Of a stretch of 64,000 bases of DNA, positions 1-9,890 are shown in pieces (position 1 is the stretch's first letter; every line of letters begins with the position of its first letter). The notes below the pieces were generated by a model. It was given only the letters and a program-made list of their open reading frames with translations, had not been told where the DNA came from and did no database searches. Origin of the DNA: an uncultured Actinomycetes bacterium (GTDB lineage Bacteria; Actinomycetota; Thermoleophilia; Gaiellales; Gaiellaceae); assembly GCA_963739065.1 (NCBI GenBank), contig CAVTYV010000004.1:193677-257676 (forward strand). Direction: 5' to 3'. The position numbers and the translations under genes were made by a program.

Positions 1-17
1 ATGGCGAAAGAGCTCGA

Positions 18-368
18 ATGACCGAGCCCGGCGTCTACCAGCGACTCGACCTCGAGCTCGATGTCGAAGAAGACCTTTGGACCGATGACTCCCAGGATGA
101 CCACGCCGGGTGGTTCTGCGTCGCGACCGATCCGTTCCCCTGCCCTGCCGACGGCTGCCCGTTCGTGGCGCTGTTCATGACGGCTGTGCACCTGATCCTG
201 GTCTGGGAGCGCCGTGACGACCCGAACCTGCTGCGTCACGCGCAGCGGGCGAAGGAGGTGGGGCGCAACCCGCGGGTGGTGACATACGAGCAGTTGTTCG
301 GCCCGAGTGCGTCGTACTACGCTTGGGAGGCGGCCGGTCGCCCCGTCCACGGGATCCGCAAGGAATAA
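18..368 (+). CDS. hypothetical protein (116 aa)
   Basis: ATG-initiated ORF from the track. Acidic N-terminus and a Cys-containing core (CPADGCP). No family recognised. Confidence 0.4.
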   Translation: MTEPGVYQRLDLELDVEEDLWTDDSQDDHAGWFCVATDPFPCPADGCPFVALFMTAVHLILVWERRDDPNLLRHAQRAKEVGRNPRVVTYEQLFGPSASYYAWEAAGRPVHGIRKE

Positions 369-400
369 ACGCATCCGGCTAGAGCCGCCGGCCAGAGCCG

Positions 401-1012
401 CTAGAGAGGCTCGACTCGGCCGTTGCCGGAGGCGCGCTCGCGGATGTCGCGGTCGCGCCTGACTGCGTCGGCGGCCTGATTCAGCATCGGCGCGAGCCGC
501 AGGACGCGCTCGCGCTCTGACTGCAGCTCCAGCAGGCCTTGCTTGATCTCCGTGCCGAAGTCGACTCGCGCGGCGATCTGGAAGGCGATCGAGTCGGCGT
601 CGAAGTCGAGGTCCTCGAGCTCCGCATCCGCGGCCTTCACGACGCGGTCGTATGCGGCCAGGCACTGCTCGACTTCCTCCTCGGTCGGCTGCTCGCCGTC
701 GTCGTCGATGTCCACGACCTCGGCCGTCTGGTAGGAGAGGCCCTCGGTCACCTCGACCAGGCGGAAGCGCTCCCGGCCCTCGATGACGACGTTGAGCCGG
801 CCGTCGTCAAAGCGCTCGAGCACCTCGATCACGCCGGCCCGTGTGCCGATCTCGCGGAGGCCCTCGTCATCGGCCAGGACGAGCCCGAACTCCTCGTTGT
901 CGGCGAGGCACTCACCGATCAGCTCCTTGTAGCGCGGCTCGAAGACGTGCAGCGGCGCTTGCTCTCCCGGGAGGAGGACGAGGTTCAGCGGGAACAGCCC
1001 GAGCTCGGTCAT
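401..1012 (-). CDS. LON N-terminal (substrate-binding) domain protein, 203 aa
   Basis: The C-terminal 203 aa of the 663-aa track ORF start at ATG 1012 (MTELGLFPLNLVLLPGEQAPLHVFEPRYKEL), the typical Lon-N/PUA-like signature. The upstream part of the ORF is an Arg-rich shadow of hisC. Confidence 0.8.
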   Translation of the reverse strand: MTELGLFPLNLVLLPGEQAPLHVFEPRYKELIGECLADNEEFGLVLADDEGLREIGTRAGVIEVLERFDDGRLNVVIEGRERFRLVEVTEGLSYQTAEVVDIDDDGEQPTEEEVEQCLAAYDRVVKAADAELEDLDFDADSIAFQIAARVDFGTEIKQGLLELQSERERVLRLAPMLNQAADAVRRDRDIRERASGNGRVEPL

Positions 1013-1132
1013 TGCTGAAAAGATTAGGCCATCGCCGACGAGTCGCTCTTCCGTTCCGCCCTCGGCCCGCTGGTCCCGTACGAGCCCGGGAAGCCGGTCG
1101 AGGAGGTCCAGCGCGAGCTTGGCCTCGACCGC

Positions 1133-2149
1133 GTGGTCAAGCTCGCCTCGAACGAGGGCCAGTTCGGGCCCTTCCCCGAGGCGCTTGAGGCGATCGCCAA
1201 AGGGGCGCGCGAGCTGAACCGCTACCCCGACGGGGGCGCTTACCGCCTTCGGACGGCGCTCGCCGAGAAGCACGGCGTCGAGTTCGAGAACGTCGCCGTC
1301 GCCGCGGGCGCCGACGCGGTCGTGATGTACCTGTCGCTCGCGGTTCTCGACCCGGGTGACGACATCGTCTGTGGCTGGCCCTCGTTCCCGAGCTACGTCC
1401 TGGACGCGATCAAGCTTGCGGCCGAGCCCAAGCGCGTCCCTCTCACCGAGCACCGCTACGACGTGGAGGCAATCCTCGCCGAGATCGGGCCGCGGACGAA
1501 ACTCGTCTACCTCTGCAATCCGAACAACCCGACGGGCAGGATGATCTCCCGGGACGAGGTGGAGAGCTACTTCGAGCGCGTGCCCGACCACGTCCTCACG
1601 GTCCTCGACGAGGCCTACTTCGAGTACGTCGATGCGCCCGACTACCCCGACGGGATCGAGGAGAGCTTCAAGGAGGGCCGCCGGGTTCTGGTTCTGCGCA
1701 CCTTCTCCAAGATCTACGGGCTTGCGGGCCTTCGAGTGGGCTATGGGATCGCCGCCCCAGATGTGGTTGCCGCGATCGGCAAGGTGAAGAACGCGTTCGA
1801 CATCAACCAGTCCGCGCAGGATGCTGCGCTCGCAAGCCTGGGAAACGACGAGGAGATCGCCCGCCGGCGGGAGCTGACTGCCGAGGGCCGCGCGCAGCTC
1901 GCAGACGCGTGCGAGCGCCTGGGATTGACGGTGGCAGTTCCGGCGGTGGCGAACTTCGTCTACGTCGAGGTGGGGGAGGACTCGCGTCCGGTGTTCGAGG
2001 CCCTTCTTCGCGAAGGCGTCATCGTCCGCCCGCTTGCTCCGTTCGGAGCCCCCGGCGCCATTCGCGTCACCGTCGGCACGAGCGAGGAAAACGACCTCTT
2101 CGCGACGGCGCTCGAGCGAGTTTTGGAGACCGCGAAGACCGCCCCTTGA
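1133..2149 (+). CDS. hisC: histidinol-phosphate aminotransferase
   Basis: Class II PLP aminotransferase motifs KLASNE, NPNNPTG and FSKIYGLAGLRVGY. The track start is GTG 1133, but the conserved N-terminal PYEPGKPVEEVQRELGL is encoded in frame upstream (1076-1132), so the true start is upstream and uncertain. Confidence 0.85.
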   Translation: MVKLASNEGQFGPFPEALEAIAKGARELNRYPDGGAYRLRTALAEKHGVEFENVAVAAGADAVVMYLSLAVLDPGDDIVCGWPSFPSYVLDAIKLAAEPKRVPLTEHRYDVEAILAEIGPRTKLVYLCNPNNPTGRMISRDEVESYFERVPDHVLTVLDEAYFEYVDAPDYPDGIEESFKEGRRVLVLRTFSKIYGLAGLRVGYGIAAPDVVAAIGKVKNAFDINQSAQDAALASLGNDEEIARRRELTAEGRAQLADACERLGLTVAVPAVANFVYVEVGEDSRPVFEALLREGVIVRPLAPFGAPGAIRVTVGTSEENDLFATALERVLETAKTAP

Positions 2150-2180
2150 GGGCTGCTCGCCTTTCAGAGGCGCTGCTACG

Positions 2181-3434
2181 GTGCGGTCCGTGACGCGGGC
2201 CCTGAGCGGGGCCGGACTCGGTCTGTTGCGGGAGGCCAGGAGCTTTCGCCTGCTCTTCCTCGCCACGCTCGCGTCCAGCATTGGCACCTGGCTCGCGTTC
2301 GTCGCGCTCGTCATCGACGTGTGGGACCGGACCGAGGACTCGAACTGGGTGAGCGCGCTCCTCATCGTCGAGTTCCTGCCGATCGTCTTCATCGGCCTCT
2401 TTGCCGGGCGCCTGATCGACCGGGCCTCGCGCCGCTGGATCCTCGTCCTCTCCGACGCCGCCCGCGCGGGCGTGTTCTTCGCGCTGCCCTTCGCGACCAG
2501 CGCGCTCCAGATCGTGATGCTCGCGCTGGCCGCCGGTCTCGCGACCAGCGTGTTCCGGCCGGCCGTCTACGCGGGGCTGCCGAACCTCGTGTCCGACGCC
2601 GAGCTGCCCCAGGCGAACGGGCTTCTCCAGACGGCGGACAACCTCACATGGACGATCGGCTCGCTCGTGGGCGGCGCCCTCGTCGCGGCGACGAGCCCGG
2701 ACGTGGCCTACGTCGTCAATGCTGTCAGCTTCACGGTCTCGGCCGTCCTCATCCTCCGCATCCGCGGGCGCCTCGAGGAGGCCGAGCGCGAGCCCAGCCA
2801 GGGAGGGTGGAAGGACATCGTCGAGGGCCTATCGCTCGCCGTCCACTCGCGCGCGCTCGTGACGGTGCTCGTCGCCTGGAGCATCGTGATGCTCGCGAAC
2901 GCCGGGGTGAACGTGTCGGAGGTCGTGCTCGCCAAGAAGGTCTTCGAGGGCGGCGACTTCGGCTACGGGCTGCTCGTCGCGGCGACCGGCTTCGGCCTCG
3001 TCATCGGGAGCTTCTTCGGCGCAACCTGGATCGCGCAGCGTGGCCTGGCCATCCCGTACGGGATCTCGATCGGGCTCATGGCCCTCGGATTCGGAGCGGC
3101 CGCAGCCGCGCCGAACGTCTGGGTGGCCGCGCTCGTCGTCATCGCGGCCGGAGCCGGAAACGGCGTGGCGGTCATCACGAACGCCCTGCTCGTCCAGCGC
3201 GGTGCGCCCGATCGCCTGCGCGGACGCGCGTTCACGGTGGTGATGAGCATCGGCTACGCGGTCCTCGGGCTCGGCATGGTGATCGCCGGCCCCCTGACCA
3301 ACGCGATCGGCGCGCGCGCCGTCTGGGGAATCTCAGCAGCCCTCATGGCCGTCGGAGCGGTCGTCGGCTACCTGCTCGTTCGCGGTGTCACCGCCGAGGC
3401 GAGATCCGCCGAGGCCCTGCCGGCAAGCGATTGA
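2181..3434 (+). CDS. MFS transporter
   Basis: Multi-TM hydrophobic profile with an MFS loop motif (GRLIDRASRRW). The likely start is GTG 2181 or 2190; the earlier part of the track ORF overlaps the hisC 3' end. Confidence 0.8.
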   Translation: MRSVTRALSGAGLGLLREARSFRLLFLATLASSIGTWLAFVALVIDVWDRTEDSNWVSALLIVEFLPIVFIGLFAGRLIDRASRRWILVLSDAARAGVFFALPFATSALQIVMLALAAGLATSVFRPAVYAGLPNLVSDAELPQANGLLQTADNLTWTIGSLVGGALVAATSPDVAYVVNAVSFTVSAVLILRIRGRLEEAEREPSQGGWKDIVEGLSLAVHSRALVTVLVAWSIVMLANAGVNVSEVVLAKKVFEGGDFGYGLLVAATGFGLVIGSFFGATWIAQRGLAIPYGISIGLMALGFGAAAAAPNVWVAALVVIAAGAGNGVAVITNALLVQRGAPDRLRGRAFTVVMSIGYAVLGLGMVIAGPLTNAIGARAVWGISAALMAVGAVVGYLLVRGVTAEARSAEALPASD

Positions 3435-4393
3435 CCCGCGGCTGGACGGTCGAGCGGCTCGTGGAGGGCGTTCGCCAGGGCGACCGCCGGGCGCTCGCGC
3501 GCGCGATCACGCTGATCGAAAGCTCAGACCCGATCGCGTACGAGCTTGTCCGGGAGCTCTATCCCGAGACGGGTAAGGCGTACGCGGTCGGTGTCACCGG
3601 GCCGCCCGGCGTGGGCAAGTCGAGCCTCATCAGCGCGCTCGTCCGGCACGTCCGCGAGCGTGACGTGACCGTCGGGGTCATCTCCGTCGACCCGTCGAGC
3701 CCGTTCACCCGCGGGGCCCTGCTCGGAGACCGCATTCGGCTGGCCGACCATTTCCTCGATCCCGAAGTGTTCATCCGCTCGATGGGCACCCGAGGCCACC
3801 TCGGCGGTCTTGCAGAGGCCACGCTCCAGGCGGCGTTGCTCCTGGACGCGGCCGGCAAGGATCTCCTCTTCGTGGAGACCGTTGGAGCGGGGCAGAGCGA
3901 GGTCGAGATCATCTCGATCGCCGACACGGTGCTGCTCGTGCTCATGCCCGGCTCGGGCGACTCGATCCAGGCCCTCAAGGCCGGGATCATGGAGATCCCC
4001 GACGTGATCGCGGTGAACAAGCGCGACCACCCCGCCGCGAAGACGATGGTGAACGAGGTGCGCTCAATCCTCGCCCTCGACACCGAAGAGGGCTGGCAGC
4101 CTCCAATCGTGCTCACGGAGGCGATCAAGGGCGAAGGGATCGACGAGCTGTGGAGCAAGATCGAGGAGCATCGCGCGTATCTGCAGGACGACGGGCTGCT
4201 CGCCGAACGGCGCGCGCGCAACCTGGCCGCAGAGGTCTTTGCAGTGGCCAGCGCGCGGGCGAAGGGCCACCTCGAGCAGGCGGTCGGAGACGATCCCGAA
4301 CTGCGACGTCTTCTCGACGCCGTGCAGCGTCGTGAGCTCGATCCGCTCACCGCAGTGCGCGAGATCCTCGAAAAGGTGTTCAAAATCTCCTGA
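3431..4393 (+). CDS. meaB: methylmalonyl-CoA mutase-associated GTPase (MeaB/ArgK family)
   Basis: P-loop GPPGVGKSS, ETVGAGQSE and an NKRD G4 motif. The TTG start overlaps the stop of the upstream MFS gene (TTGA). Confidence 0.85.
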   Translation: MTRGWTVERLVEGVRQGDRRALARAITLIESSDPIAYELVRELYPETGKAYAVGVTGPPGVGKSSLISALVRHVRERDVTVGVISVDPSSPFTRGALLGDRIRLADHFLDPEVFIRSMGTRGHLGGLAEATLQAALLLDAAGKDLLFVETVGAGQSEVEIISIADTVLLVLMPGSGDSIQALKAGIMEIPDVIAVNKRDHPAAKTMVNEVRSILALDTEEGWQPPIVLTEAIKGEGIDELWSKIEEHRAYLQDDGLLAERRARNLAAEVFAVASARAKGHLEQAVGDDPELRRLLDAVQRRELDPLTAVREILEKVFKIS

Positions 4394-4395
4394 CG

Positions 4396-5589
4396 ATGGC
4401 TACCAGGACCGGTCCCACCCTCGCCGAGATCGAAGCCGCCCGCGGGCGGATCGGTGGCCTCGCGCGGGTGACGCCGGTCTACTCGTCGGAGGCGCTCTCC
4501 CGCATGAGCGGGCGACCCGTCGTGCTGAAGGCGGAGAACCTTCAGCGCACCGGCTCCTTCAAGATCCGCGGAGCCGTGAACCGGATCGCTGCTCTGACGG
4601 ACGAGCAGCGGGCGACCGGCGTCGTAACCGCGAGCGCGGGAAACCACGGTCAGGCGGTCGCGCTCGCCGCCCGGGAGGCGGGCGTCAAGGCGACGGTGTT
4701 CATGCCCGAGGACGCGCCGATGGCCAAGGTCGATGCCACAAGGAGCTACGGCGCGGAGGTCGTCCTCACCGGCGAGGGGTTCGACGAGGCGAACGTCGCC
4801 GCCCAGGCGCGCGTCGATGCGGGCGCCATCTTCATCCATGCCTTCGAGGACGAGATCGTCATCGCCGGCCAGGGGACCGTCGGGCTGGAGATCGCCGAGC
4901 AGGTCGGCGAGCTCGAGGCCGTCGTCGTCCCCATCGGGGGCGGCGGGCTGGCCTCGGGGATCTCGCTTGCGCTCGGCGAGCTCCGCCCCGAAGTGAAGAT
5001 CATCGGCGTCCAGGCCGAGAGCTGCGCGCCCTTCGCGGGCGACGGGGAGCCCGGTCACACCATTGCAGACGGCATCGCGGTCAAGGTGCCGGGAGAGCTG
5101 ACCAGGCGGATTCTCGACGACCGGCTCGACCGCGTCGTCACGGTGAGCGACCGCGAGATCGCGCAGGCAATCGTCCTCCTGCTCGAGCGGGTGAAGCTCG
5201 TCGTCGAGGGGGCCGGCGCGGCCTCGGTCGCCGCTCTGCTCGGAGGCAAGGTCCCCGGCAAAGGGCCGGCGCTCGCGCTGCTCTCGGGCGGCAACATCGA
5301 CGCGACGCTCCTGATCGAGATCGCGCGCCACGGGCTGACGCAGGCGGGCCGCTTCCTCGTCGTGCGGACGAGGCTCGAGGACCGCCCGGGCGCGCTGGCC
5401 CGGGTGCTCGGCCTCATCGCCGGTGAGCGCGTCAACGTGCTCTCCGTCGACCACCATCGGGAGGGAATGGATCTCCCGGTGTCAGGGACGGAGGTCGAGC
5501 TCACCCTCTCCATGCGAGACGACGAGCACTGCGATGAGCTGCTCGCACGTCTCGCTGAGTGGGGCTACTCGACCGAGCGCGTCAGCTAG
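4396..5589 (+). CDS. ilvA: threonine ammonia-lyase (threonine dehydratase) with C-terminal ACT-like domain
   Basis: PLP-lysine motif SFKIRGA, SAGNHGQA and GGGGL. The C-terminal about 80 aa form a regulatory-type domain (VVRTRLEDRPGALARV). Confidence 0.85.
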   Translation: MATRTGPTLAEIEAARGRIGGLARVTPVYSSEALSRMSGRPVVLKAENLQRTGSFKIRGAVNRIAALTDEQRATGVVTASAGNHGQAVALAAREAGVKATVFMPEDAPMAKVDATRSYGAEVVLTGEGFDEANVAAQARVDAGAIFIHAFEDEIVIAGQGTVGLEIAEQVGELEAVVVPIGGGGLASGISLALGELRPEVKIIGVQAESCAPFAGDGEPGHTIADGIAVKVPGELTRRILDDRLDRVVTVSDREIAQAIVLLLERVKLVVEGAGAASVAALLGGKVPGKGPALALLSGGNIDATLLIEIARHGLTQAGRFLVVRTRLEDRPGALARVLGLIAGERVNVLSVDHHREGMDLPVSGTEVELTLSMRDDEHCDELLARLAEWGYSTERVS

Positions 5590-5771
5590 ACCGGGCGGAC
5601 GGCCGGCTGGTGCCTCTCGCCGCGGCTGGGGAAGAGGTTGCGGACCCGCGCGACCAGACCCGGGCGGTCGTCTTCGACGAGCCGCGCCAGCTCACGGTTG
5701 CGCGCGTCACGCAGCATGTCTTCGTGCCGGGCGCGGGAGATAGCCAGGTGCGTATGGGGGCTGTAATACAT
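5586..5771 (-). CDS. small hypothetical protein (61 aa)
   Basis: ATG at 5771 (MYYSPHTHLAISRARHEDMLRDARNRELARL). It is the tail of a long shadow ORF and is convergent with, and overlaps, the ilvA stop. No family recognised. Confidence 0.25.
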   Translation of the reverse strand: MYYSPHTHLAISRARHEDMLRDARNRELARLVEDDRPGLVARVRNLFPSRGERHQPAVRPV

Positions 5772-5810
5772 GCCCACTAGACGGACGTATGGCCAACTAT
5801 CTTCCCGGCG

Positions 5811-6224
5811 ATGCACAAGGACTACTCCCAGACGCCGCTCCCCGACAAGCTCGGCATCAAGGATGGCTCCCGCGTGGCCTTGCAACGCGCGCCCGAGGGG
5901 TTTGCCGAGCGGCTCGGTGTACGGCCGCGGAGCAGGGGCGAGCTCGACGTCGTCGTGCATTTCGCGACCAAGCGCGGCGCGCTGACCCGCGCGTTCGCGC
6001 CGCTCGCCCGCCGGCTCGCGCCGGCCGGCGGCCTCTGGGTCGCCTGGCCGAAGAAGAGCTCGGACGTCCGTACGGATCTCTCCTTCGAGGCGGTGCAAGA
6101 GATCGGACTGGCCGCCGGCCTCGTCGACAACAAGAGCTGCTCGATCGACGAGACCTGGCAGGCGCTGCGCTTCGTCTACCGGCTCGAAGACCGGCCCGCA
6201 AGCTCGAGCAAGCGCTCGGCGTAA
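5811..6224 (+). CDS. DUF3052-like protein
   Basis: 137-aa ORF (PLPDKLGIKDGSRVAL...GLWVAWPKK...ETWQALRF) that matches my recollection of the DUF3052 consensus. Verify with Pfam. Confidence 0.65.
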   Translation: MHKDYSQTPLPDKLGIKDGSRVALQRAPEGFAERLGVRPRSRGELDVVVHFATKRGALTRAFAPLARRLAPAGGLWVAWPKKSSDVRTDLSFEAVQEIGLAAGLVDNKSCSIDETWQALRFVYRLEDRPASSSKRSA

Positions 6225-6859
6225 CGCGGGGCGGTGGGCTCGTCCTCGTGGCGGAAGTAGCAGTAGACGTCCTTGCCCTCGGCCAAAACCGGGAGAATCG
6301 CCTCGGCGGCGACGGCCAGACCGGCCTCGTCGTACGGGGTGTCGCGCAGACGGACGTACGCGAACGGAGTCGGCCCCTCGAGCGAGTCGACCCTCGCCAC
6401 GCCGCGCTCCGCAAGCCGCTCGTCGACTTCGGGTGGAGACCAGGACTCGTGGCGGAAATCGAGTACCCAGCGCAACTCGGGAGAGAGCGAGTCCAGGAGC
6501 AGGAGCAGGAACCCGTCGTCCCGGGCCTGTGGGACCTTGATCCGCACCGGGCCGAGTCGTTCCCCGAGGACGCCGGCGGTCTGGACGAAGGCGGGGATAC
6601 CCTCGAGACGGCCGAACGAGGTCGCGCCGCGAGTCATCGTGAGCGCGAAGCGGAAATCCGGCGGGGTTTGGGCCGCCCAACGCTCGAACTGCGCCTCCGC
6701 GGGCAGGCGGTAGAAGGTCGTGTTCAGCTCGACCGAGGGCAGACGCTCCGAGTAGAAGCGCAGAAAATCCTCAGGGCGCGCCTCGACCGGGTAGAACCCG
6801 CCCTTCCAGGACGGATATGAAAACCCGGACGAGCCGGCGTAGAGGCGGCCGGAGGCCAA
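6176..6859 (-). CDS. DUF72 family protein
   Basis: 227-aa ORF with GSSGFSYPSWKGGFYP, VELNTTFYRLP and a final FRHE motif, typical of DUF72 (UPF0759). Confidence 0.8.
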   Translation of the reverse strand: MASGRLYAGSSGFSYPSWKGGFYPVEARPEDFLRFYSERLPSVELNTTFYRLPAEAQFERWAAQTPPDFRFALTMTRGATSFGRLEGIPAFVQTAGVLGERLGPVRIKVPQARDDGFLLLLLDSLSPELRWVLDFRHESWSPPEVDERLAERGVARVDSLEGPTPFAYVRLRDTPYDEAGLAVAAEAILPVLAEGKDVYCYFRHEDEPTAPRYAERLLELAGRSSSR

Positions 6860-6867
6860 GCCCTCTT

Positions 6868-7119
6868 TTACGACCCTTCCTGCACCTCGTAGATCTCGTC
6901 CGCGACGAGCCCGTGCGCGTCCCGGTGCACCTGAGCGGCGGTCTCCGCGTCAGGAGCCTCGACGAGGCAGAAGATCTTTCCCTCTGCCTCCGCGACCCAA
7001 TAGCTCTTGTAGTTGACCCCGTGGTCTCCCTGGACCTCGAGATCCTTCTCATGCGCCTCGCGGACGGCGTCACAGGTGACTGTGCCATCCATGTTGTGGA
7101 CGTCCATGAAGAGCGGCAA
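6868..7119 (-). CDS. DUF4242-like small protein
   Basis: 83-aa ORF (MPLFMDVHNMDG...AHEKDLEVQ...GVNYKSYWV...GKIFCLVEAPD). It resembles the SCO4226/nickel-binding DUF4242 family and has a paralogue at 18128-18412. Confidence 0.65.
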   Translation of the reverse strand: MPLFMDVHNMDGTVTCDAVREAHEKDLEVQGDHGVNYKSYWVAEAEGKIFCLVEAPDAETAAQVHRDAHGLVADEIYEVQEGS

Positions 7120-7161
7120 GCTGTCCTCCTTCGTCGGCTCGGCGATCCTAGCTCCGCCTGC

Positions 7162-8295
7162 TCACAGGCCCAAGTGCCTGGCGATCACTAGACGCTGCAC
7201 CTCGTTCGTTCCTTCCCCGATCTCGAGCACCTTCTGGTCGCGATAGAGGCGGGAGATTGCATACTCGTCCATGAAACCGTAGCCCCCATGGATCTGCAGC
7301 GCGTGGTTGGCAACCCGGTGGGCGAGCTCGCCCGTGTAGAGCTTCGCCATCGCAGCCGCCTGGGCGAACGGACGGCCTTGATCCTTCAGCCAGGCGGCCT
7401 TGTAGACGAGGCCTCGCGCGGCTTCGATCTCGGTCGCCATGTCGGCGAGCTTGAACTGGATCGCCTGAAAGGTCGAGATCGGCTTGCCGAACTGCTTGCG
7501 CTCGCGCGCGTAGCTGGAAGCGAGCTCGAAAGCGCCCTGCGCGAGCCCGAGCCCCATGGCGGCGACCGAGATGCGCCCGCCGTCGAGGATCTCGAGAAAC
7601 TGCCGCAGACCGGCGCCCCGCTCGCCGAGCAGGTTCCCCTCGGGCACGGCGCAATCGCGAAAGGAGAGCTCGCGCGTGTCGGAAGCCCGCCAGCCCATCT
7701 TGCGCATCGGCTCGGAGACCGAGTATCCCTCGGTTCCGCTCGGCACGACGAGGTTGGAGATCTCGTCCTCGCCGGTCCGGGCGGTGATCGTCACGCAGGC
7801 GGAGATGTCCGTGCCCGCGTTGGTGATGAAGATCTTCGAGCCGTTGACGAACCATTGCCCGTTTCGGAGCTCGGCGGTCGTCCGTGTCGCCCCGGCGTCG
7901 GAACCGGCTTCCGCCTCCGTGAGCCCGAACGAGGCGAGCTTCTTCCCAGAGGCCAGGTCGGGCAGCCAGGCCTCCTTCTGCTCATCCGTCCCGTAGAGGA
8001 GGATCGGCATCGTCCCGAGTGACGTGTGCGCCGCAACCGTGATCGCGACGGAGGAGTCGATTCGCGTGAGCTCCTCGATCGCAATCGCGTACGAGAGCGT
8101 GTCTCCGCCGCCGCCGCCGTGCTCCTCCGGGATCGGGATGCCCATGAGCCCGAGCTCGGCCAGCTCGGCGATCAGGTCGTACGGAAAGCGGTGCTCGCGG
8201 TCGAGCTCCTCGGCGACCGGAGCGATCCGCTCCTCCGCGAACTCGCGGACGGTGCTGCGCAGGAGCTCGTGCTCTTCGGGAAGGTCGAAGTTCAA
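7162..8295 (-). CDS. acyl-CoA dehydrogenase
   Basis: FGLTEAEAGSDAG, QIHGGYGF and YRDQKVLEIGEGTNEVQRLVIAR. The TTG start at 8295 overlaps the pepA stop (TTGA). The rest of the 684-aa track ORF is shadow. Confidence 0.9.
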   Translation of the reverse strand: MNFDLPEEHELLRSTVREFAEERIAPVAEELDREHRFPYDLIAELAELGLMGIPIPEEHGGGGGDTLSYAIAIEELTRIDSSVAITVAAHTSLGTMPILLYGTDEQKEAWLPDLASGKKLASFGLTEAEAGSDAGATRTTAELRNGQWFVNGSKIFITNAGTDISACVTITARTGEDEISNLVVPSGTEGYSVSEPMRKMGWRASDTRELSFRDCAVPEGNLLGERGAGLRQFLEILDGGRISVAAMGLGLAQGAFELASSYARERKQFGKPISTFQAIQFKLADMATEIEAARGLVYKAAWLKDQGRPFAQAAAMAKLYTGELAHRVANHALQIHGGYGFMDEYAISRLYRDQKVLEIGEGTNEVQRLVIARHLGL

Positions 8296-9794
8296 GCGGA
8301 CACGCGCCGAGCGAGCTCGGTGAGAAGCCGCACCCCGTATCCCGTCGCACCCGGGCTGTCGTAGTAGTCGTCGCGGCCGCGCTCCAGGTAGGCCGTGCCG
8401 GCGATGTCCATGTGGGCCCATGGTCCCTCGCCGACGAACTCCTCGAGGAAGCGCGCGGCGAGGATGGGGGAGCCTTGGCGGTACTCGGACGAGTTCTTCA
8501 TGTCTGCGAAGCTCGAGTCGATGTAGCGGCGGTAGGTCTCGTGGAGCGGCCAGATCCACGCGTGGTCGCCACTCGCCTCGGCCGCCCCTCGGATGGTCTC
8601 CGCCCACTCCTGGTCGTTGGCGAAGAGCCCGGCGTAGTAGTCGCCCATGGCGATCACCATCGCGCCGGTGAGGGTGGCGAGGTCGATCATGTGGGTGGCG
8701 CCCGACTGGCGGGCGTGCCAGAGCGCGTCGGCCAGGATCAGGCGGCCCTCGGCATCCGTGTTCGTGATCTCGATCGTCTTGCCGTTGAGGGCCGTGATGA
8801 TGTCGCCAGGGCGGTAGGAGTGACCGCCAGGCATGTTCTCGCAGGATGGGACGACGGTGAGGACGCGGACCGGGAGCTCGAGCTCCGCAATCGCGCCGGT
8901 CGCCGCCAGAGCCGCGGCCCCGCCGCCCATGTCCGACTTCATCTCCTCCATGCGGTCGGCAGGCTTCAGCGAGAGCCCTCCGGAGTCGAAGGTGATCGCC
9001 TTGCCGATCAGGCCGAGGACGACACCGCCCTTGGCGTTCGCCGGCTCGTAGGACAGCTTGATCAGGCGCGCTGGGTTGTCGCTTCCCTGGCTGACCGCCG
9101 CGAGTGCGCCCATACCGGCGGCCTTGATCTCGTCGATCCCGAGCGCTTCGAAGCTCAGTGTCGGGAAGCGGCCCGCGGTCTCCTCGGCCCACTCGGCGAG
9201 GCGGATCGGCGTGCACTCGTTCGGAGGCGCGTTCACGAAGTCGCGGCAGCGGTTCGTCCAGGAGGCGACGACGTTGGCGCGGCGGGCTTCGTCAGCCGCG
9301 GCAGCTGCGCCGGGCCCACAGAGGACGAGCCGCTCGATCCCGTGGCGGCGGTCGTTCTCCCCGGTCTTCCAGCGCCCGGAGTCGTAAGGGCCGAGTGCTG
9401 TTCCGTCGACGATCGCCCGCGCCTGCTGGGCTGCAGCAAGCCCGTCCTCCCCGAGGATCCAGGCTACCGACCGGCCGCCAATCTCTCCGGCGCGGATGGC
9501 GACCGCCGCGGCTGCGGTACGCAGTGCGTCGGCGTCGAGCGTCTCTCCCCCGACCCCGCCCACCCCGGCCGCCGCGACCCGGTGAGCTCCGAGCCGCCCG
9601 GACGTGTGGACGAACGTCGTTTTCCCGAGGCGGCCCTTGAGCTCTCCATCCTCGATCAAATGGCCCAACTCGCCGCCCACGCGCTCGTCGAGCTCCCGCC
9701 CGGACACGGGCAACTCGACGGGGTCTGGTACCGCGAAGGCGAGCACGTCGGCATCAACCTCCGCAGGCGAGATATCGACGGCTTCGATCTCCAT
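8292..9794 (-). CDS. pepA: leucyl aminopeptidase (M17)
   Basis: GKAITFDSGGLSLKP and the NTDAEGRLILADAL active-site motifs. 500 aa. Confidence 0.9.
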   Translation of the reverse strand: MEIEAVDISPAEVDADVLAFAVPDPVELPVSGRELDERVGGELGHLIEDGELKGRLGKTTFVHTSGRLGAHRVAAAGVGGVGGETLDADALRTAAAAVAIRAGEIGGRSVAWILGEDGLAAAQQARAIVDGTALGPYDSGRWKTGENDRRHGIERLVLCGPGAAAAADEARRANVVASWTNRCRDFVNAPPNECTPIRLAEWAEETAGRFPTLSFEALGIDEIKAAGMGALAAVSQGSDNPARLIKLSYEPANAKGGVVLGLIGKAITFDSGGLSLKPADRMEEMKSDMGGGAAALAATGAIAELELPVRVLTVVPSCENMPGGHSYRPGDIITALNGKTIEITNTDAEGRLILADALWHARQSGATHMIDLATLTGAMVIAMGDYYAGLFANDQEWAETIRGAAEASGDHAWIWPLHETYRRYIDSSFADMKNSSEYRQGSPILAARFLEEFVGEGPWAHMDIAGTAYLERGRDDYYDSPGATGYGVRLLTELARRVSA

Positions 9795-9890
9795 CCTGGG
9801 CGGGCGGGATGCTATCCGAAGCCTGTTCTACCGTGATCCTCGAATGGGGGATACGTCTGTAGCCCTCAAGGCCGATGAGAGGGTTGCGCA

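Noticed and set aside
401-2392. 663-aa minus-strand ORF spanning the hisC region
   Set aside because: Only the last 203 aa (from ATG 1012) look like a real Lon-N domain protein. The remainder is antisense to hisC and compositionally shadow-like.
3559-5457. 632-aa minus-strand ORF opposite meaB and ilvA
   Set aside because: It is antisense to two genes with clear motifs and has shadow-ORF composition.
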